Source of the DNA: a virus
Direction: 5' to 3' (one strand)
DNA: 64,000 nucleotides
Virus record (IMG/VR): IMGVR_UViG_3300029258_002856
The first letter of the stretch is position 1; each line of letters begins with the position of its first letter. The position numbers and the translations under genes are program-made. The notes below the pieces were generated by a model. It was not told where the DNA came from. It saw nothing but the letters and a program-made list of their open reading frames with translations, and did no database searches. Of this stretch, positions 28,675-38,421 are shown piece after piece.

Positions 28675-29427
28675 ATGACTCTCGGAATTACCAAAGGCGT
28701 AACCACCTGGGACTCGCAGCGCCACAACGTCGAACGACACATGGACAACGCTGCGTACACCTCGGCGCACCCTGATGATACGCTTGTCCTGGCGGGACCT
28801 CCCCGGTTTGATGACGTGAAGCAGGAAGACGTCAGCGGCTGGGCAAGCCTCCTGGCAATCGGAATGCTCCAGACGTTCCAGGTGACAAGCCAAAAGCCTA
28901 CGCAGCCAATGGCCGCGATTGGTTCGGGTCGCTCGTTCTTCGTGAGCGGGAAGAGCCAGACCACATGGCGAATCGGGCGGCTCTTCACCAACGGGCGAAA
29001 CCTGCTGCGAGTGCTCTACCACAACGCAGTAGCCGGAGATGTCCCGGTCGAGAAGTTCGACGACCCACCGGTCCCCATCCCTGAAGGTCGGAACCTCACG
29101 AACTTCTACATCAACTTGGACTCTGAGCTGTACTACGTGCCGTTCGGACTCGGGGTGATGTTCAAGGACAAGATTCATGACATCCTCGGTGCGTTTTACG
29201 CTGAGTTGTGCATGATTAACACCTACACCCTTGGCTTCACCGCCGGTCAGAACATGATTATGGAGGACGTGGGCGGCATGTGCGACCGGCTGTACCCGTT
29301 CGTACCGAGCGTCATCATCGGGGACCGCGTGGACCGCGTGACGGTGGATACCGTCATCGGCTTCGTAGGTGGCGACCCGACCGTCTCCGATTCCTTCGTC
29401 GACAACACCATCACTGACCAGCTCTAG
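28675..29427 (+). CDS. Putative tail tube protein
   Basis: 250 aa following the sheath gene; beta-rich; SD AGGAGG. Confidence 0.6.
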   Translation: MTLGITKGVTTWDSQRHNVERHMDNAAYTSAHPDDTLVLAGPPRFDDVKQEDVSGWASLLAIGMLQTFQVTSQKPTQPMAAIGSGRSFFVSGKSQTTWRIGRLFTNGRNLLRVLYHNAVAGDVPVEKFDDPPVPIPEGRNLTNFYINLDSELYYVPFGLGVMFKDKIHDILGAFYAELCMINTYTLGFTAGQNMIMEDVGGMCDRLYPFVPSVIIGDRVDRVTVDTVIGFVGGDPTVSDSFVDNTITDQL

Positions 29428-29460
29428 TTCTTCCCGGAGCTTCATGGTAATCTTTTCGCC

Positions 29461-31044
29461 ATGACTAACGGCTCCGACGACTACCAACGACTTCTACGTC
29501 TCAGCGGTGTAGCCGCCTCCGGTAACATCTACCCGCGTAGTGGAAGTGTCCTTGGTATCGTGGATTCCTACGACGATGCCACAAAAACGTACGTAGTCAT
29601 TACTCAGGGCTCCAAGCTCGACCCTGCCGATAGAGGACGGCGCAAGCACGAGGGTGTTCCTCGGATGACACAGGAGCCCGGGGATAACTCGGTACTCCCG
29701 GCCGATACCAACGTCGTCATCGACTATTCTCTGGGTATCCCGGTCATCAAGGGTGTCATCGCCGCGAGTGCTAGCAAGTACATCACGGACGGGGCTCCCG
29801 ACATAGCACCCCGCGTGGCAGGCCGCGACCCCGCAGACACCAGCTCTTCTTTTGGCCCGCAGTCCGGGTACTATCGTTCTCCTTCGGACCCGGTAGGACT
29901 CTTTACGGGCGACTGGTGTCGCGCCTCTCCAGACGGGAACTTCATCGCAGCTTTACGCGGTAAACTCTGCAAGGTGTTCGGCAATGAACAAGCCCAAGTC
30001 ATCGTCTCGGGACTGCATAATCTTGTACGGACAGTATGTGAGAATTACCAGCACTTCAGCAGCTTCGGCGAACTACGAATCGAAAACAACAACGGGCGCG
30101 TCAATCTTTCTTTCCGGGGGGCCGCTGACCAGCTCAACGAATCTGGTGGTGACCTCGAAAACTGGACGTTCCACCTCGACATCGGGGACAAGGGCCAGCT
30201 CTTCAATATGCGCATCACGTCGGCGGATGGCCGAATTGAACAGGCGCAGTTCAAGATTACGCCTGACGGGGAGGTCCGGCTCTTTGGCAAGACCGGCTTC
30301 GTTTTTCAGACGCCAGGGCGCAAATCCGAAACTATAGGTGGAGATTCCGTCACTCGCATTACGGGTGGGCGCAGGATGCTGGTCGAACAGACGGAGACCA
30401 AACAGGTTCGTGGGTCACGCGCCACTACCGTCAACGAGTCGGACTATGAGGTCGTAGGTAACGACCAGTCCGTGTCCATCAACCGAAACCAGACGCTGAG
30501 CGTGGGAGGCCAATTTACTGGACAGGTGTCGGGCGGCTCTCCCCTCGAAGCCAAGCCTACTAATGTCGCGTACAACATGCGCGTCTTGAATGGCAGTTAC
30601 CAGCTCATCATCGGGGACATCCTCTCGGGAGCGAATCCTCTTGCGTACGCCAGCTACCATCTCTTCGTGAACAACGGCCATGTTATCATCGGAGAAGACC
30701 CCCAGCACCCAGCTTCCGGACTAGGAGGAGTATGTTCCGTCAATCTCAACACTCTCAGTCCGGGCTCGATTGGACTAGGGTGTATCGTACCTAGTGCAGG
30801 TCCGTTTCTCGGTAATGGCCCTGCGGCAAATTTCAATCCGCAGACTGACAGTGCGATGCTCTACAACAAATGGTTGGCATTTGCCAACACGCTGATTCAG
30901 CTACTGGACTCGCACATTCACCAGACAGCATGGGGTCCTTCGCTTCCGGCGGAGGTACCACCTGGGACACAACAAGGGTTCAAAGCGGCCTTGTCCGGCT
31001 TGACAGCGCCGGTCAAAAGTATCCGGGTTTTCATAGGGGCTTGA
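29461..31044 (+). CDS. Baseplate central spike (gp5/VgrG/gpV-like)
   Basis: N-terminal OB-like region; ~8-residue beta-helix repeats (SETIGGDSVTRITGG...EVVGNDQSVSINRNQTLSVGG); apical HxH motif DSHIH. Confidence 0.7.
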   Translation: MTNGSDDYQRLLRLSGVAASGNIYPRSGSVLGIVDSYDDATKTYVVITQGSKLDPADRGRRKHEGVPRMTQEPGDNSVLPADTNVVIDYSLGIPVIKGVIAASASKYITDGAPDIAPRVAGRDPADTSSSFGPQSGYYRSPSDPVGLFTGDWCRASPDGNFIAALRGKLCKVFGNEQAQVIVSGLHNLVRTVCENYQHFSSFGELRIENNNGRVNLSFRGAADQLNESGGDLENWTFHLDIGDKGQLFNMRITSADGRIEQAQFKITPDGEVRLFGKTGFVFQTPGRKSETIGGDSVTRITGGRRMLVEQTETKQVRGSRATTVNESDYEVVGNDQSVSINRNQTLSVGGQFTGQVSGGSPLEAKPTNVAYNMRVLNGSYQLIIGDILSGANPLAYASYHLFVNNGHVIIGEDPQHPASGLGGVCSVNLNTLSPGSIGLGCIVPSAGPFLGNGPAANFNPQTDSAMLYNKWLAFANTLIQLLDSHIHQTAWGPSLPAEVPPGTQQGFKAALSGLTAPVKSIRVFIGA

Positions 31045-31067
31045 CCTTGTAGTTCCCTGAGGGGCAC

Positions 31068-31076
31068 CCTATACTT
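31068..31076 (+). promoter_or_regulatory. Class A promoter-like motif CCTATACTT with TTGTAG 17 bp upstream
   Basis: TTGTAG at 31047-31052 and TATACT at 31070-31075. Confidence 0.6.
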
Positions 31077-31115
31077 CCTGTGGCGTTTGAACCGTAAACA
31101 ATTGGAGGGTTTGAG

Positions 31116-31949
31116 ATGCCCAAACTCATCATCATGGCGAAAGAAAAAGGCGACGTCATCGTCCAAGACCCGTTCCCGGCAGAAGGTCTGCTCACGCTGA
31201 CCATCCCCAAGGGGACCTCCAAGGAGCTGGTTGTCAGCAAGGGGCAGCATCAGCGGATGAAGTACCAGCTGGCGGCGCTTGAGCTCAACGGCATGCTCAC
31301 GTATGACGTGGAGTTCGAGGACTTCGACACCCGGTCGGAGAACGCGGACTTGGAAGGCCTGCCCAACATCGACTACGTGACCACCAACACGGTCGCGGTA
31401 GCGGGGCAGACGGGAATCGACATGTTCGGGCCGAACATCCAGGGCGAGAATGAGTTCGCGTCCCTGGTCATCGGCGACGCCGCATACCCGGACCGCTCCA
31501 TCGAGGTCACCGCGCTGTTGCCCGGATATCAGGGCAACGAAATCAGCGTGGAGGTCGTCGACACGGGTGGTGGTGGCCTGAGCGTGGCTGTCGCAGCCAA
31601 AAAAATCACCGTCGACCAGGGAGGCTCGGGCTCCGATGCGACGACCGTGAAGGCGGCCATCGACGGGTACGCTGCGGCGGCAGCCCTCGTGACCACCGCA
31701 CTGCTCGGAACGGGCGGCGATGTCGTTGCGACGCAGGACGAGGCCTACCTGGAGGGTGGTCTCGGTGCGGGTATCTTCATCACCTGTGGGGGCTTCCCGT
31801 GCACCATCACGGCGGTTGACCTCACCGTCTCGCCTCCGAAAATCACGTTCGACGTCCCGGCGCTGGCACCCATCGTCGCCTCACAGATGGTGGCACTCCA
31901 GCTGCGGTCAGGCGCGAAGCTCTACACGCTCTCGCTGCCCACGGTCTAA
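31116..31949 (+). CDS. Structural protein with tail-sheath-like subdomain
   Basis: IEVTALLPGYQGNEISVEVVD resembles the sheath TAxxPGxxGNxIxV motif; strongly biased codons. Confidence 0.5.
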   Translation: MPKLIIMAKEKGDVIVQDPFPAEGLLTLTIPKGTSKELVVSKGQHQRMKYQLAALELNGMLTYDVEFEDFDTRSENADLEGLPNIDYVTTNTVAVAGQTGIDMFGPNIQGENEFASLVIGDAAYPDRSIEVTALLPGYQGNEISVEVVDTGGGGLSVAVAAKKITVDQGGSGSDATTVKAAIDGYAAAAALVTTALLGTGGDVVATQDEAYLEGGLGAGIFITCGGFPCTITAVDLTVSPPKITFDVPALAPIVASQMVALQLRSGAKLYTLSLPTV

Positions 31950-31990
31950 GAGCTAAAAGAACCGTTGTTCCCGGTTCTTCTTGCTGCGGG

Positions 31991-32026
31991 CTCTGGCCCC
32001 CCTTCTCGGGGGGCTAGAGTTTTTTT
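31991..32026 (+). terminator. Intrinsic terminator between convergent genes
   Basis: Stem CTCTGGCCCCCC/GGGGGGCTAGAG followed by T7. Confidence 0.8.
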
Positions 32027-32717
32027 AGACCAGACCTCGATGGCTGGCTACCGCCTCGAACTCCTCGAGCTTGTCGCTCGCCACACTCACTCCCACCCGT
32101 AAGGCCGGTGTAGGGTACCGGTACCGCTTCCGGTTCTCGTCAATGAACAATTTCTTGGTCCAGTAGTGTTTTCGGGTGATGCTCTTGTAGTTGGCGTCCC
32201 TCACCGCCAGGACGGAATCTATCAGCTCTCCCGTTGATAGCTTGCGGATGTGGACCACCTCCCCTTCCGCGTTCATCCAGCGGTCGATGTCATCCACGAA
32301 CTCCCAATCCTCTACGGCGTAAACGTATTTGGACTCTTCTTCGACGGGTTCCTGGGCCGGTGGTGCAGGGTCCTGTTGTCGCTGGTACTCAACTCTCAAC
32401 TCATCGAGCCAGGAATAGAACTTGCACTTCTGTTCGAGCCCGGGGGGCTTAATGAACAACTCCTCCATGTCCAGTTCCGGGATGTCGCGTGGGTCCTTCC
32501 CGTCTTCCAGCGCATCTCGGATATCACCGCACATCTCCTTGCACTTCTTCCGACCGCAGATAGGGAGGAAGTACGACGCGCCATCTTCACGGGGAGCCAC
32601 AAGTTCTGCTTTGGCGTCTCCCTGGCACGTCTGTACTTCCCCCTTTATCTCCCGCCGAACACAACACATCTGGTACTTGATGACATCCAGGTACAGATAG
32701 TGACTACGGTCAACCAT
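32025..32717 (-). CDS. Hypothetical protein with Cys-rich N-terminus
   Basis: ATG at 32717 with SD AGGAGG; Cys clusters CC..C and CGRKKCKEMC. Confidence 0.65.
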   Translation of the reverse strand: MVDRSHYLYLDVIKYQMCCVRREIKGEVQTCQGDAKAELVAPREDGASYFLPICGRKKCKEMCGDIRDALEDGKDPRDIPELDMEELFIKPPGLEQKCKFYSWLDELRVEYQRQQDPAPPAQEPVEEESKYVYAVEDWEFVDDIDRWMNAEGEVVHIRKLSTGELIDSVLAVRDANYKSITRKHYWTKKLFIDENRKRYRYPTPALRVGVSVASDKLEEFEAVASHRGLV

Positions 32718-32771
32718 GTTCCCTCCTAGCAAAAAGAGAGCGACGAATGTCACTCTCTCCCGACCGGGACC

Positions 32772-33224
32772 CTAGCCGGTCTTGCGCTGCTTGTCGGCCT
32801 CGATCTGCTCCCGGAGCTGCTTCTCCTTGGCGTACTCCTTGGACGCCTCGAAGATGTACTTGGCGAACTCCGGGTCCGAGGCGAAGAGCTCGAGGACGGC
32901 GACGTTGGTGTCCTCCCCGGCGACCTCTTCCAGGTCGCTGAGGATCTTCTCCATCGCCTTCTCGTTGCGGTCCTTCAGCTCCTTCTGCGCCTTCTCGTAC
33001 GAGGTCGGCAGCTTGACGACGTTGTACTCCGTCGCGTTCTTGTCGGCCTGGAGCTTGGAGTCGGCCCGGACCGCGTGCTGCCGCTCGACGTACGTGCCGC
33101 TGGCGGTCTTCACGAGGTCGTCCTTCTTCCGACCGCGACGCCCGAGAGCGAACCCTCCGGCCCCCGCGCCCACCGCTGTGGCCAACACGCCACCGACGAT
33201 TGCGAGTACTTTTCCTGCGCCCAT
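32772..33224 (-). CDS. Membrane-anchored coiled-coil protein
   Basis: ATG 33224 with SD AGGAGGTG; N-terminal TM; VKTAS motif. Confidence 0.7.
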   Translation of the reverse strand: MGAGKVLAIVGGVLATAVGAGAGGFALGRRGRKKDDLVKTASGTYVERQHAVRADSKLQADKNATEYNVVKLPTSYEKAQKELKDRNEKAMEKILSDLEEVAGEDTNVAVLELFASDPEFAKYIFEASKEYAKEKQLREQIEADKQRKTG

Positions 33225-33298
33225 GTCACACCTCCTGTATTGCCCGCAGAATTGCGGGTCTTTTTGGGTAGCGGAACCGCTTCCCTGTAGCCTATTTT

Positions 33299-33307
33299 CT
33301 TCTACCA
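33299..33307 (-). promoter_or_regulatory. Class B promoter-like motif TGGTAGAAG (leftward)
   Basis: Upstream of the minus-strand gene starting at 33224. Confidence 0.5.
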
Positions 33308-33323
33308 AATTGCACTGTCGTTT

Positions 33324-33506
33324 TTAGCTACTTTTTCGCTTTGTGCTTAGTCGAGTGACGTTTGACCCCCGAGAGGACCCGTCGCCTATCTGTTTCTTTC
33401 CTACTGTCTCGTCCACTGCGATTGTTGCTGCTTCCTTTAATGCTTCGGCGATTGCTACTTTTCCGGCGGCTATCAAAACCCGTTTAAGTGCGTCTCGCCA
33501 ATCCAT
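33324..33506 (-). CDS. Small hypothetical protein
   Basis: 60 aa with SD-like AGGAG upstream. Confidence 0.55.
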   Translation of the reverse strand: MDWRDALKRVLIAAGKVAIAEALKEAATIAVDETVGKKQIGDGSSRGSNVTRLSTKRKSS

Positions 33507-33543
33507 TGTGTGCGACTCCTTTCTTTGTTATCGTTTTGGGGCT

Positions 33544-33792
33544 ATGTGGACGAAGGATGTAAAACCAGGAAGAGACCTGGAACACCTGGGGCTGATAACA
33601 GCCCGTTTGGCGCGTATTGTTTTATACCAAAAAATCGCTCGGGGTGAGGCTCAGCTGCGCGCTGCGGGCATCGATGCGAAGCTCTTGACGGCCTTCCGGG
33701 CGGCTGCCTTGAAAGAAGTACGCTTGAAACGCAAGCCCGTCCGCGTTTCTCCTGACGTAGTATTTACTAGCAGGGGAAAGATGGACTTCTGA
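33544..33792 (+). CDS. Small basic hypothetical protein
   Basis: ATG 33544 lies inside the track ORF 33343..33792. Confidence 0.4.
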   Translation: MWTKDVKPGRDLEHLGLITARLARIVLYQKIARGEAQLRAAGIDAKLLTAFRAAALKEVRLKRKPVRVSPDVVFTSRGKMDF

Positions 33793-33793
33793 G

Positions 33794-34492
33794 ATGACCA
33801 TAACGATTGAACAAGGCCAGGAGACGGCCTTCATAATGGCCGGGAAGATGCGTCCGCGCTACTCCGAGGCCGACCGTTTCTATGGTGCGCACCTCGACCG
33901 GTATCTCGGCGATACCCCCCGTAATATCGCCGTCTCTCACATCTTGCGAATCAACCCACGTCTCCATCGCATCCCCCGGTACCGAAAGGGATATGTCCGG
34001 GGCTTCATGCGCGCGACCATCGAAGCTGCTCGGGAAGCCGGGGTCGAGTGGGACAAGCTCAAGGACCCCAACCTCTGTGCCTACGTCTGGTTGCGCTACT
34101 TCAACAAAGAATCTCTTGAACTCTACCAGAACAACGAAGGCATCTTCTCCTCCTATGGGGAGGAATTTTGGAGGTGTGCATACCTCCTCGATGCCATCGG
34201 GGAGTCCGCATTCAGCTACTTCTGGGCTAAGGCCGCTCCCACCTCCGCAACTCTCGACGTCTACTCGGAGCTGCTTTACGCAGTAAACTCCAACAAGAAA
34301 CAATTCGGGGATGTCACCGCCCAGCAGATGAAGGTGCTTGTGTTCAAGGAGTGTGAGTTCGTCTTCCAATTGGCTAAGATTATTGCAGGACGTATCCAGT
34401 CTGCTGGGCCAGGGAAAGAACCCATTCCGCCAACCGCAGATATTTCGACGTTCTTTACACAGGGGAAGGTGACACGTGGCGAACGTCGGTGA
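33794..34492 (+). CDS. Hypothetical protein
   Basis: 232 aa in the tail/baseplate region. Confidence 0.65.
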   Translation: MTITIEQGQETAFIMAGKMRPRYSEADRFYGAHLDRYLGDTPRNIAVSHILRINPRLHRIPRYRKGYVRGFMRATIEAAREAGVEWDKLKDPNLCAYVWLRYFNKESLELYQNNEGIFSSYGEEFWRCAYLLDAIGESAFSYFWAKAAPTSATLDVYSELLYAVNSNKKQFGDVTAQQMKVLVFKECEFVFQLAKIIAGRIQSAGPGKEPIPPTADISTFFTQGKVTRGERR

Positions 34493-36227
34493 GTGGGGAA
34501 AACTTGAGCTTACGGTTCCGGACTTCAGTGCTCTGGACCCGCTCCTGGAGTTCATTGACCAGCTCAAAGAACTGCTGAAGAAGTTCGCGGACCTCCTCGA
34601 CGCGTTGCTCACCTTCCTGGCGGGAATCCTCGATCCTTTGGCGACGCTCATCCAGAAGCTCATCGACAAGCTCAAAGAGCTAGTTGAAAGTTTCTTGGAA
34701 GACCTGGGGGCGTACACTATTTTGATTCCGAGCGGGAAGCGCTTTATGACTACCTTCATGGGTCTCGGAGACGTCACTCCCCCCGTGAGCACCCACCTCT
34801 TCCCCGAGGGGCCGGACCTCAACGACCCCAACCTCACGCCCGAAGAGCAAGAGTTCCTCATCAACATGAACCGCTACAACGGCGGTAACCCGGCGTTCTA
34901 CCGTACGGTGTTGGACTCCATCCACGATAAGGGGGACCGCAACCGTCCGCAGTTCACCAGCGCCAACGATTGGATTGGCGGCTTGGTGATGATGCTCGGG
35001 ACGAACATCGACCCCTTCGGATTCCTGGACGACTTGTGGTCGCTCAAGGGACTCTTCGGAAGCCTCTTCGACTCCACGTACGTGACTACCATCCCCACTG
35101 CTAAGGGTCTCACCGCTGAAGCTCTCACCCGGCCCAGCACTTCGGGTGGAAAGTTCACGGCGCTGCTGTCGTGGGAGACCATGGACACGCCCTTTGCGCG
35201 ACTTCCTGACCTGGGCAACACGGTGTTGGTGCCGGAGCGTCAGGCGCTCATCATGGTCAAGAACGACATCTCGGCGGCCACAGCCTCCAACGTTGTTCAG
35301 CTCATGGGCACCCGGGAGTTGACCGAGGGCCTGGAGTTCGGCAACGCCAAGGTCATCTACGAAGGCGTCTTCGATATCACGAAAGTCAGCCACCTCTACG
35401 AAATACCGGACGCAGACCCCGACGATACGTACTACTTCGCCCTGGCCTACAAGAACCGCGTCTGGCGCTCTGACGAGAACTGGACGGTCGACCCTGGTTA
35501 TGCACTTGGCTATTGGGACACTTCCAACATCGCGCGTCTCGTGCCGTTCCCGGTGCTGCCAGGCAGCACGCCACCCGACTGGATACGGACGCCCTCCTTC
35601 GGGGATATGTTCCCGGACCTCGCCTACTTCCTGCGTCGTTTGCTCGGAGTAATCGAGGACTACGCGAATCGCCTCCTCGCAGTCAACGACCTCTGGAAGA
35701 AGTACGTAGAGTTCCTTCGCGCCGAAGTCGACCGCTACGAGGCTCTCGTCAACGAGATTCTCGACCGCATCAAGCGCCTCACTGAGATGCTGAAGCTGCC
35801 CAACGCGACCGGCGGTGTGTATGCTCGAGTTTTCAAAGGCGTGGGTGGCAACCAGTTCTTTCTCTCGGACCTTGCCACGTCCCTGTCGCGTTCGTACCCT
35901 AATGCTCCCCCCTTCCACCGGGGAGACGAGTACGTGATGGGCATCATCATGCTGGCCGGAGGGAACGAGGCCCTGGTCGATAGCTTCGTGGGACTGCTGT
36001 CTCTGCTCTTCGGCATCGGCTCGTTTGACGAAGACAACCTGATGGGCTCTATCGGTGACGCACTTACCGCGGCAGAGGCTAAATGCTTCGGCGATGACTT
36101 CAGCGTCATCGAATGTGTGGACGAGCAGTTCACCGAAAGTCTGGACGAGGCTGTCGTATCGTGTTCTACTCCTACACGTACGGCAACAGAGTTCGGAGAC
36201 GACCTTTCACCTCTGGAGGTTTCCTAG
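34476..36227 (+). CDS. Putative baseplate/tail-associated protein
   Basis: 583 aa, GTG start with SD GAAGG; helical termini flank a beta-rich core. Function inferred from context only. Confidence 0.55.
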   Translation: MANVGEWGKLELTVPDFSALDPLLEFIDQLKELLKKFADLLDALLTFLAGILDPLATLIQKLIDKLKELVESFLEDLGAYTILIPSGKRFMTTFMGLGDVTPPVSTHLFPEGPDLNDPNLTPEEQEFLINMNRYNGGNPAFYRTVLDSIHDKGDRNRPQFTSANDWIGGLVMMLGTNIDPFGFLDDLWSLKGLFGSLFDSTYVTTIPTAKGLTAEALTRPSTSGGKFTALLSWETMDTPFARLPDLGNTVLVPERQALIMVKNDISAATASNVVQLMGTRELTEGLEFGNAKVIYEGVFDITKVSHLYEIPDADPDDTYYFALAYKNRVWRSDENWTVDPGYALGYWDTSNIARLVPFPVLPGSTPPDWIRTPSFGDMFPDLAYFLRRLLGVIEDYANRLLAVNDLWKKYVEFLRAEVDRYEALVNEILDRIKRLTEMLKLPNATGGVYARVFKGVGGNQFFLSDLATSLSRSYPNAPPFHRGDEYVMGIIMLAGGNEALVDSFVGLLSLLFGIGSFDEDNLMGSIGDALTAAEAKCFGDDFSVIECVDEQFTESLDEAVVSCSTPTRTATEFGDDLSPLEVS

Positions 36228-36487
36228 TGGCAATACTGAAAGACTTTCGCTGCATCAAGTGCAACACCTTCGAAGAGCAGCTCGTGAGTGACAACTCCGA
36301 AGCGCGGTGCTCTTCTTGTGGGGGCGAGATGGAACGAGTCCTCACCGCTGCTCCCAAACAGTTCCATGTGATTGTCCCGACCCATCCGGGAGCGAAGGCA
36401 AATAAAGCGGGCTACATCCATTCCCATGGCGATAAGCCCGCAACCAAGATACAATCTGGTTACGGAGGTGCGCAGGGACCTAAATAA
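36227..36487 (+). CDS. FmdB-like zinc-ribbon protein
   Basis: GTG 36227 with SD GGAGG; DFRCIKC...RCSSCGGEMERVLTA. Confidence 0.7.
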   Translation: MAILKDFRCIKCNTFEEQLVSDNSEARCSSCGGEMERVLTAAPKQFHVIVPTHPGAKANKAGYIHSHGDKPATKIQSGYGGAQGPK

Positions 36488-36490
36488 ACT

Positions 36491-36539
36491 GGACACCCCG
36501 CAACATGGATGAGGGTGTGCCGCGCACGGCGGGGTGTCC
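36491..36539. other. Intergenic hairpin
   Basis: 10-bp perfect inverted repeat GGACACCCCG/CGGGGTGTCC with no adjacent U tract. Confidence 0.5.
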
Positions 36540-36605
36540 ATCGACAGGAGGTGTGCACGCACACACTCTTTCTTTTACCTCTGCTTTCGTTCAATTTCTG
36601 AGTGA

Positions 36606-36614
36606 ACTATACTT
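36606..36614 (+). promoter_or_regulatory. Class A promoter-like motif ACTATACTT
   Basis: Immediately upstream of ORF 36621. Confidence 0.4.
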
Positions 36615-36620
36615 GTATCG

Positions 36621-37259
36621 ATGCGTAACGGAATGCTGAAAAAAGAAGGCTTCGCGGTGTGGACGAGAGTCCCAGGGACTCCCTTCACGCTTCCGGGGTC
36701 GCTCACGGTCAAAGAACGTCTTCCTGGCATGGTGGACTGGGCACCGCGTGAAGTGGTCACTCGGGTTGCCAAGGGCCTTCGCAGTGGGGACGATGGGCCG
36801 GTGGAGCTTGCCGAAGCCGAAGCTCAACGGGGCCTCCCGCAACACGCCGGGGTCGGAGCAGTTGCTGGGACGACCCTCGGGTCCCTCCTCGGTAGACTGT
36901 TCGGAGGCCAAGCAGCTATCAAACCCTTCCAGGAAATAGGTCAGCGCGGTATCGGCAGCTCCACCCTCCGACAGCTCAAGAATCTTCCGGCCGCCATGAA
37001 GCTCCTTCCTATTCTGGGAGCCCTCGGTGGCGCGGGAGTGGGTGCTAAGGTCTGGGAGCGTGGGCAAGAGGGTCGCCGTCAACAGGCGCTGGACGTTTCC
37101 AAGGGCTTGCTGGCCGAGCGCATTTTGCAGTCCCAAGCAATCCAGGAAGCCCTCCGGTCCAACAACCCATACACGGCCCCCCTTTTACGGGGTATACCCA
37201 TCACCTCGGCCTCGGCCCCCGTGCCGCATGTGATGCGCTACGGACACATAGGAGTCTGA
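36621..37259 (+). CDS. Gly-rich membrane-active putative virion protein
   Basis: Two glycine-zipper hydrophobic segments (AGVGAVAGTTLGSLLG; LLPILGALGGAGVG). Confidence 0.6.
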   Translation: MRNGMLKKEGFAVWTRVPGTPFTLPGSLTVKERLPGMVDWAPREVVTRVAKGLRSGDDGPVELAEAEAQRGLPQHAGVGAVAGTTLGSLLGRLFGGQAAIKPFQEIGQRGIGSSTLRQLKNLPAAMKLLPILGALGGAGVGAKVWERGQEGRRQQALDVSKGLLAERILQSQAIQEALRSNNPYTAPLLRGIPITSASAPVPHVMRYGHIGV

Positions 37260-37260
37260 C

Positions 37261-37641
37261 ATGGCAGGCGTCGCCAACATTACGGGCAAGATTGCGTTCA
37301 TCCTCGGGGCACATGCCAACGACAAAAACCCCGAAATCAACTTCAAGATGGAGGACCTCGCCTACGGGCCGTTGGGTGTTCATCATCTCGAGTGGGGGAG
37401 CGCGGTCACGGACGAAGACATCCTCTACGGAACTATCACGGACGCCAAGGTGGTCTTCATCCGTTCCTACCAGGGCGGTGGCATCGTGAAAGTGAACGGC
37501 GGCACCGGCATCAAGATTGACCCCCCGCCCACCGATGAGGACGGCGGTTGGTTCATCTTCGCCAACCCGAGTGGTGGAATTACATCGCTTACCGTGACAA
37601 CTACCGGCGCGGCCAAGTTCGAGGCGATGCTTTTCCAGTAG
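37261..37641 (+). CDS. Hypothetical beta-rich structural protein
   Basis: 126 aa, SD AGGAG. Confidence 0.65.
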   Translation: MAGVANITGKIAFILGAHANDKNPEINFKMEDLAYGPLGVHHLEWGSAVTDEDILYGTITDAKVVFIRSYQGGGIVKVNGGTGIKIDPPPTDEDGGWFIFANPSGGITSLTVTTTGAAKFEAMLFQ

Positions 37642-37654
37642 GAGTGTAACGGGT

Positions 37655-38419
37655 ATGTACCGCGCAGTGGCAAAAATAGCGGAGACACCGGCTGGGATGA
37701 CCTGGGGTGAGGCCTTGGGTGCCCGGAAGGAAATTCTGAAGCGTTTTCTACAGAAGGCGAAGACGCCAGCGGGAGCTGCGGCGCTCCTCGGAGCCCTCGG
37801 TGCAGCAGGCCTCGGGGTAAAAGCATACCGAGACGAAGTATCCAAGACCGGGGCTACGCTGCCCGATGCTACGGAAACTCCTGAGGCCCCCAAAGTTCCC
37901 AAACTTCCCGGGCCATCGGTAGCTTCCCCCGCAAAAATAAATGTTGCTCCGTTAGCGCCCCCGGGTGGCCCCACTGGAGGGGTCAACATCACGACGCCCA
38001 AACCGCCGGTCTCGGCGACTTCTCAAACCACAAAAACCAAGGAAGTAACTGCTTCCATCTTCGACGAGGGTATGGGTCCCCTCTTGGCCGGTGGCGCGGG
38101 TGGTGTGGGCGGATACCTGCTCGGCTCCAAGGTCATCAATCCGTTGCTGTATGCCAAGGAGCAGGACATCCTCAACAAAATCCGAACCGGCGAAAAAGTC
38201 GTAGCTGGTCTCCAGCGGTCCCAGAAGGTTGCTCCGTTCGTGGCCGGTGCCGTGAGCGCCCTTATCCTCGCTTCTCTCGCAGCCTACAAAGCGCGCCAAA
38301 ATGAAAAACAGAAAATCGAGCGGCAACTCACGTGGGGACAGCTCCCAACTCCTACAGCTCCTGGGTCTGGCTTCAATCCTCTCGAGCAAATCCAGTTCGG
38401 GCAGGCCCCTATCTACTAG
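37655..38419 (+). CDS. Gly/Pro-rich putative virion membrane protein
   Basis: Three hydrophobic segments, Pro-rich linker, KIA and KTG motifs. Confidence 0.6.
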   Translation: MYRAVAKIAETPAGMTWGEALGARKEILKRFLQKAKTPAGAAALLGALGAAGLGVKAYRDEVSKTGATLPDATETPEAPKVPKLPGPSVASPAKINVAPLAPPGGPTGGVNITTPKPPVSATSQTTKTKEVTASIFDEGMGPLLAGGAGGVGGYLLGSKVINPLLYAKEQDILNKIRTGEKVVAGLQRSQKVAPFVAGAVSALILASLAAYKARQNEKQKIERQLTWGQLPTPTAPGSGFNPLEQIQFGQAPIY

Positions 38420-38421
38420 CC

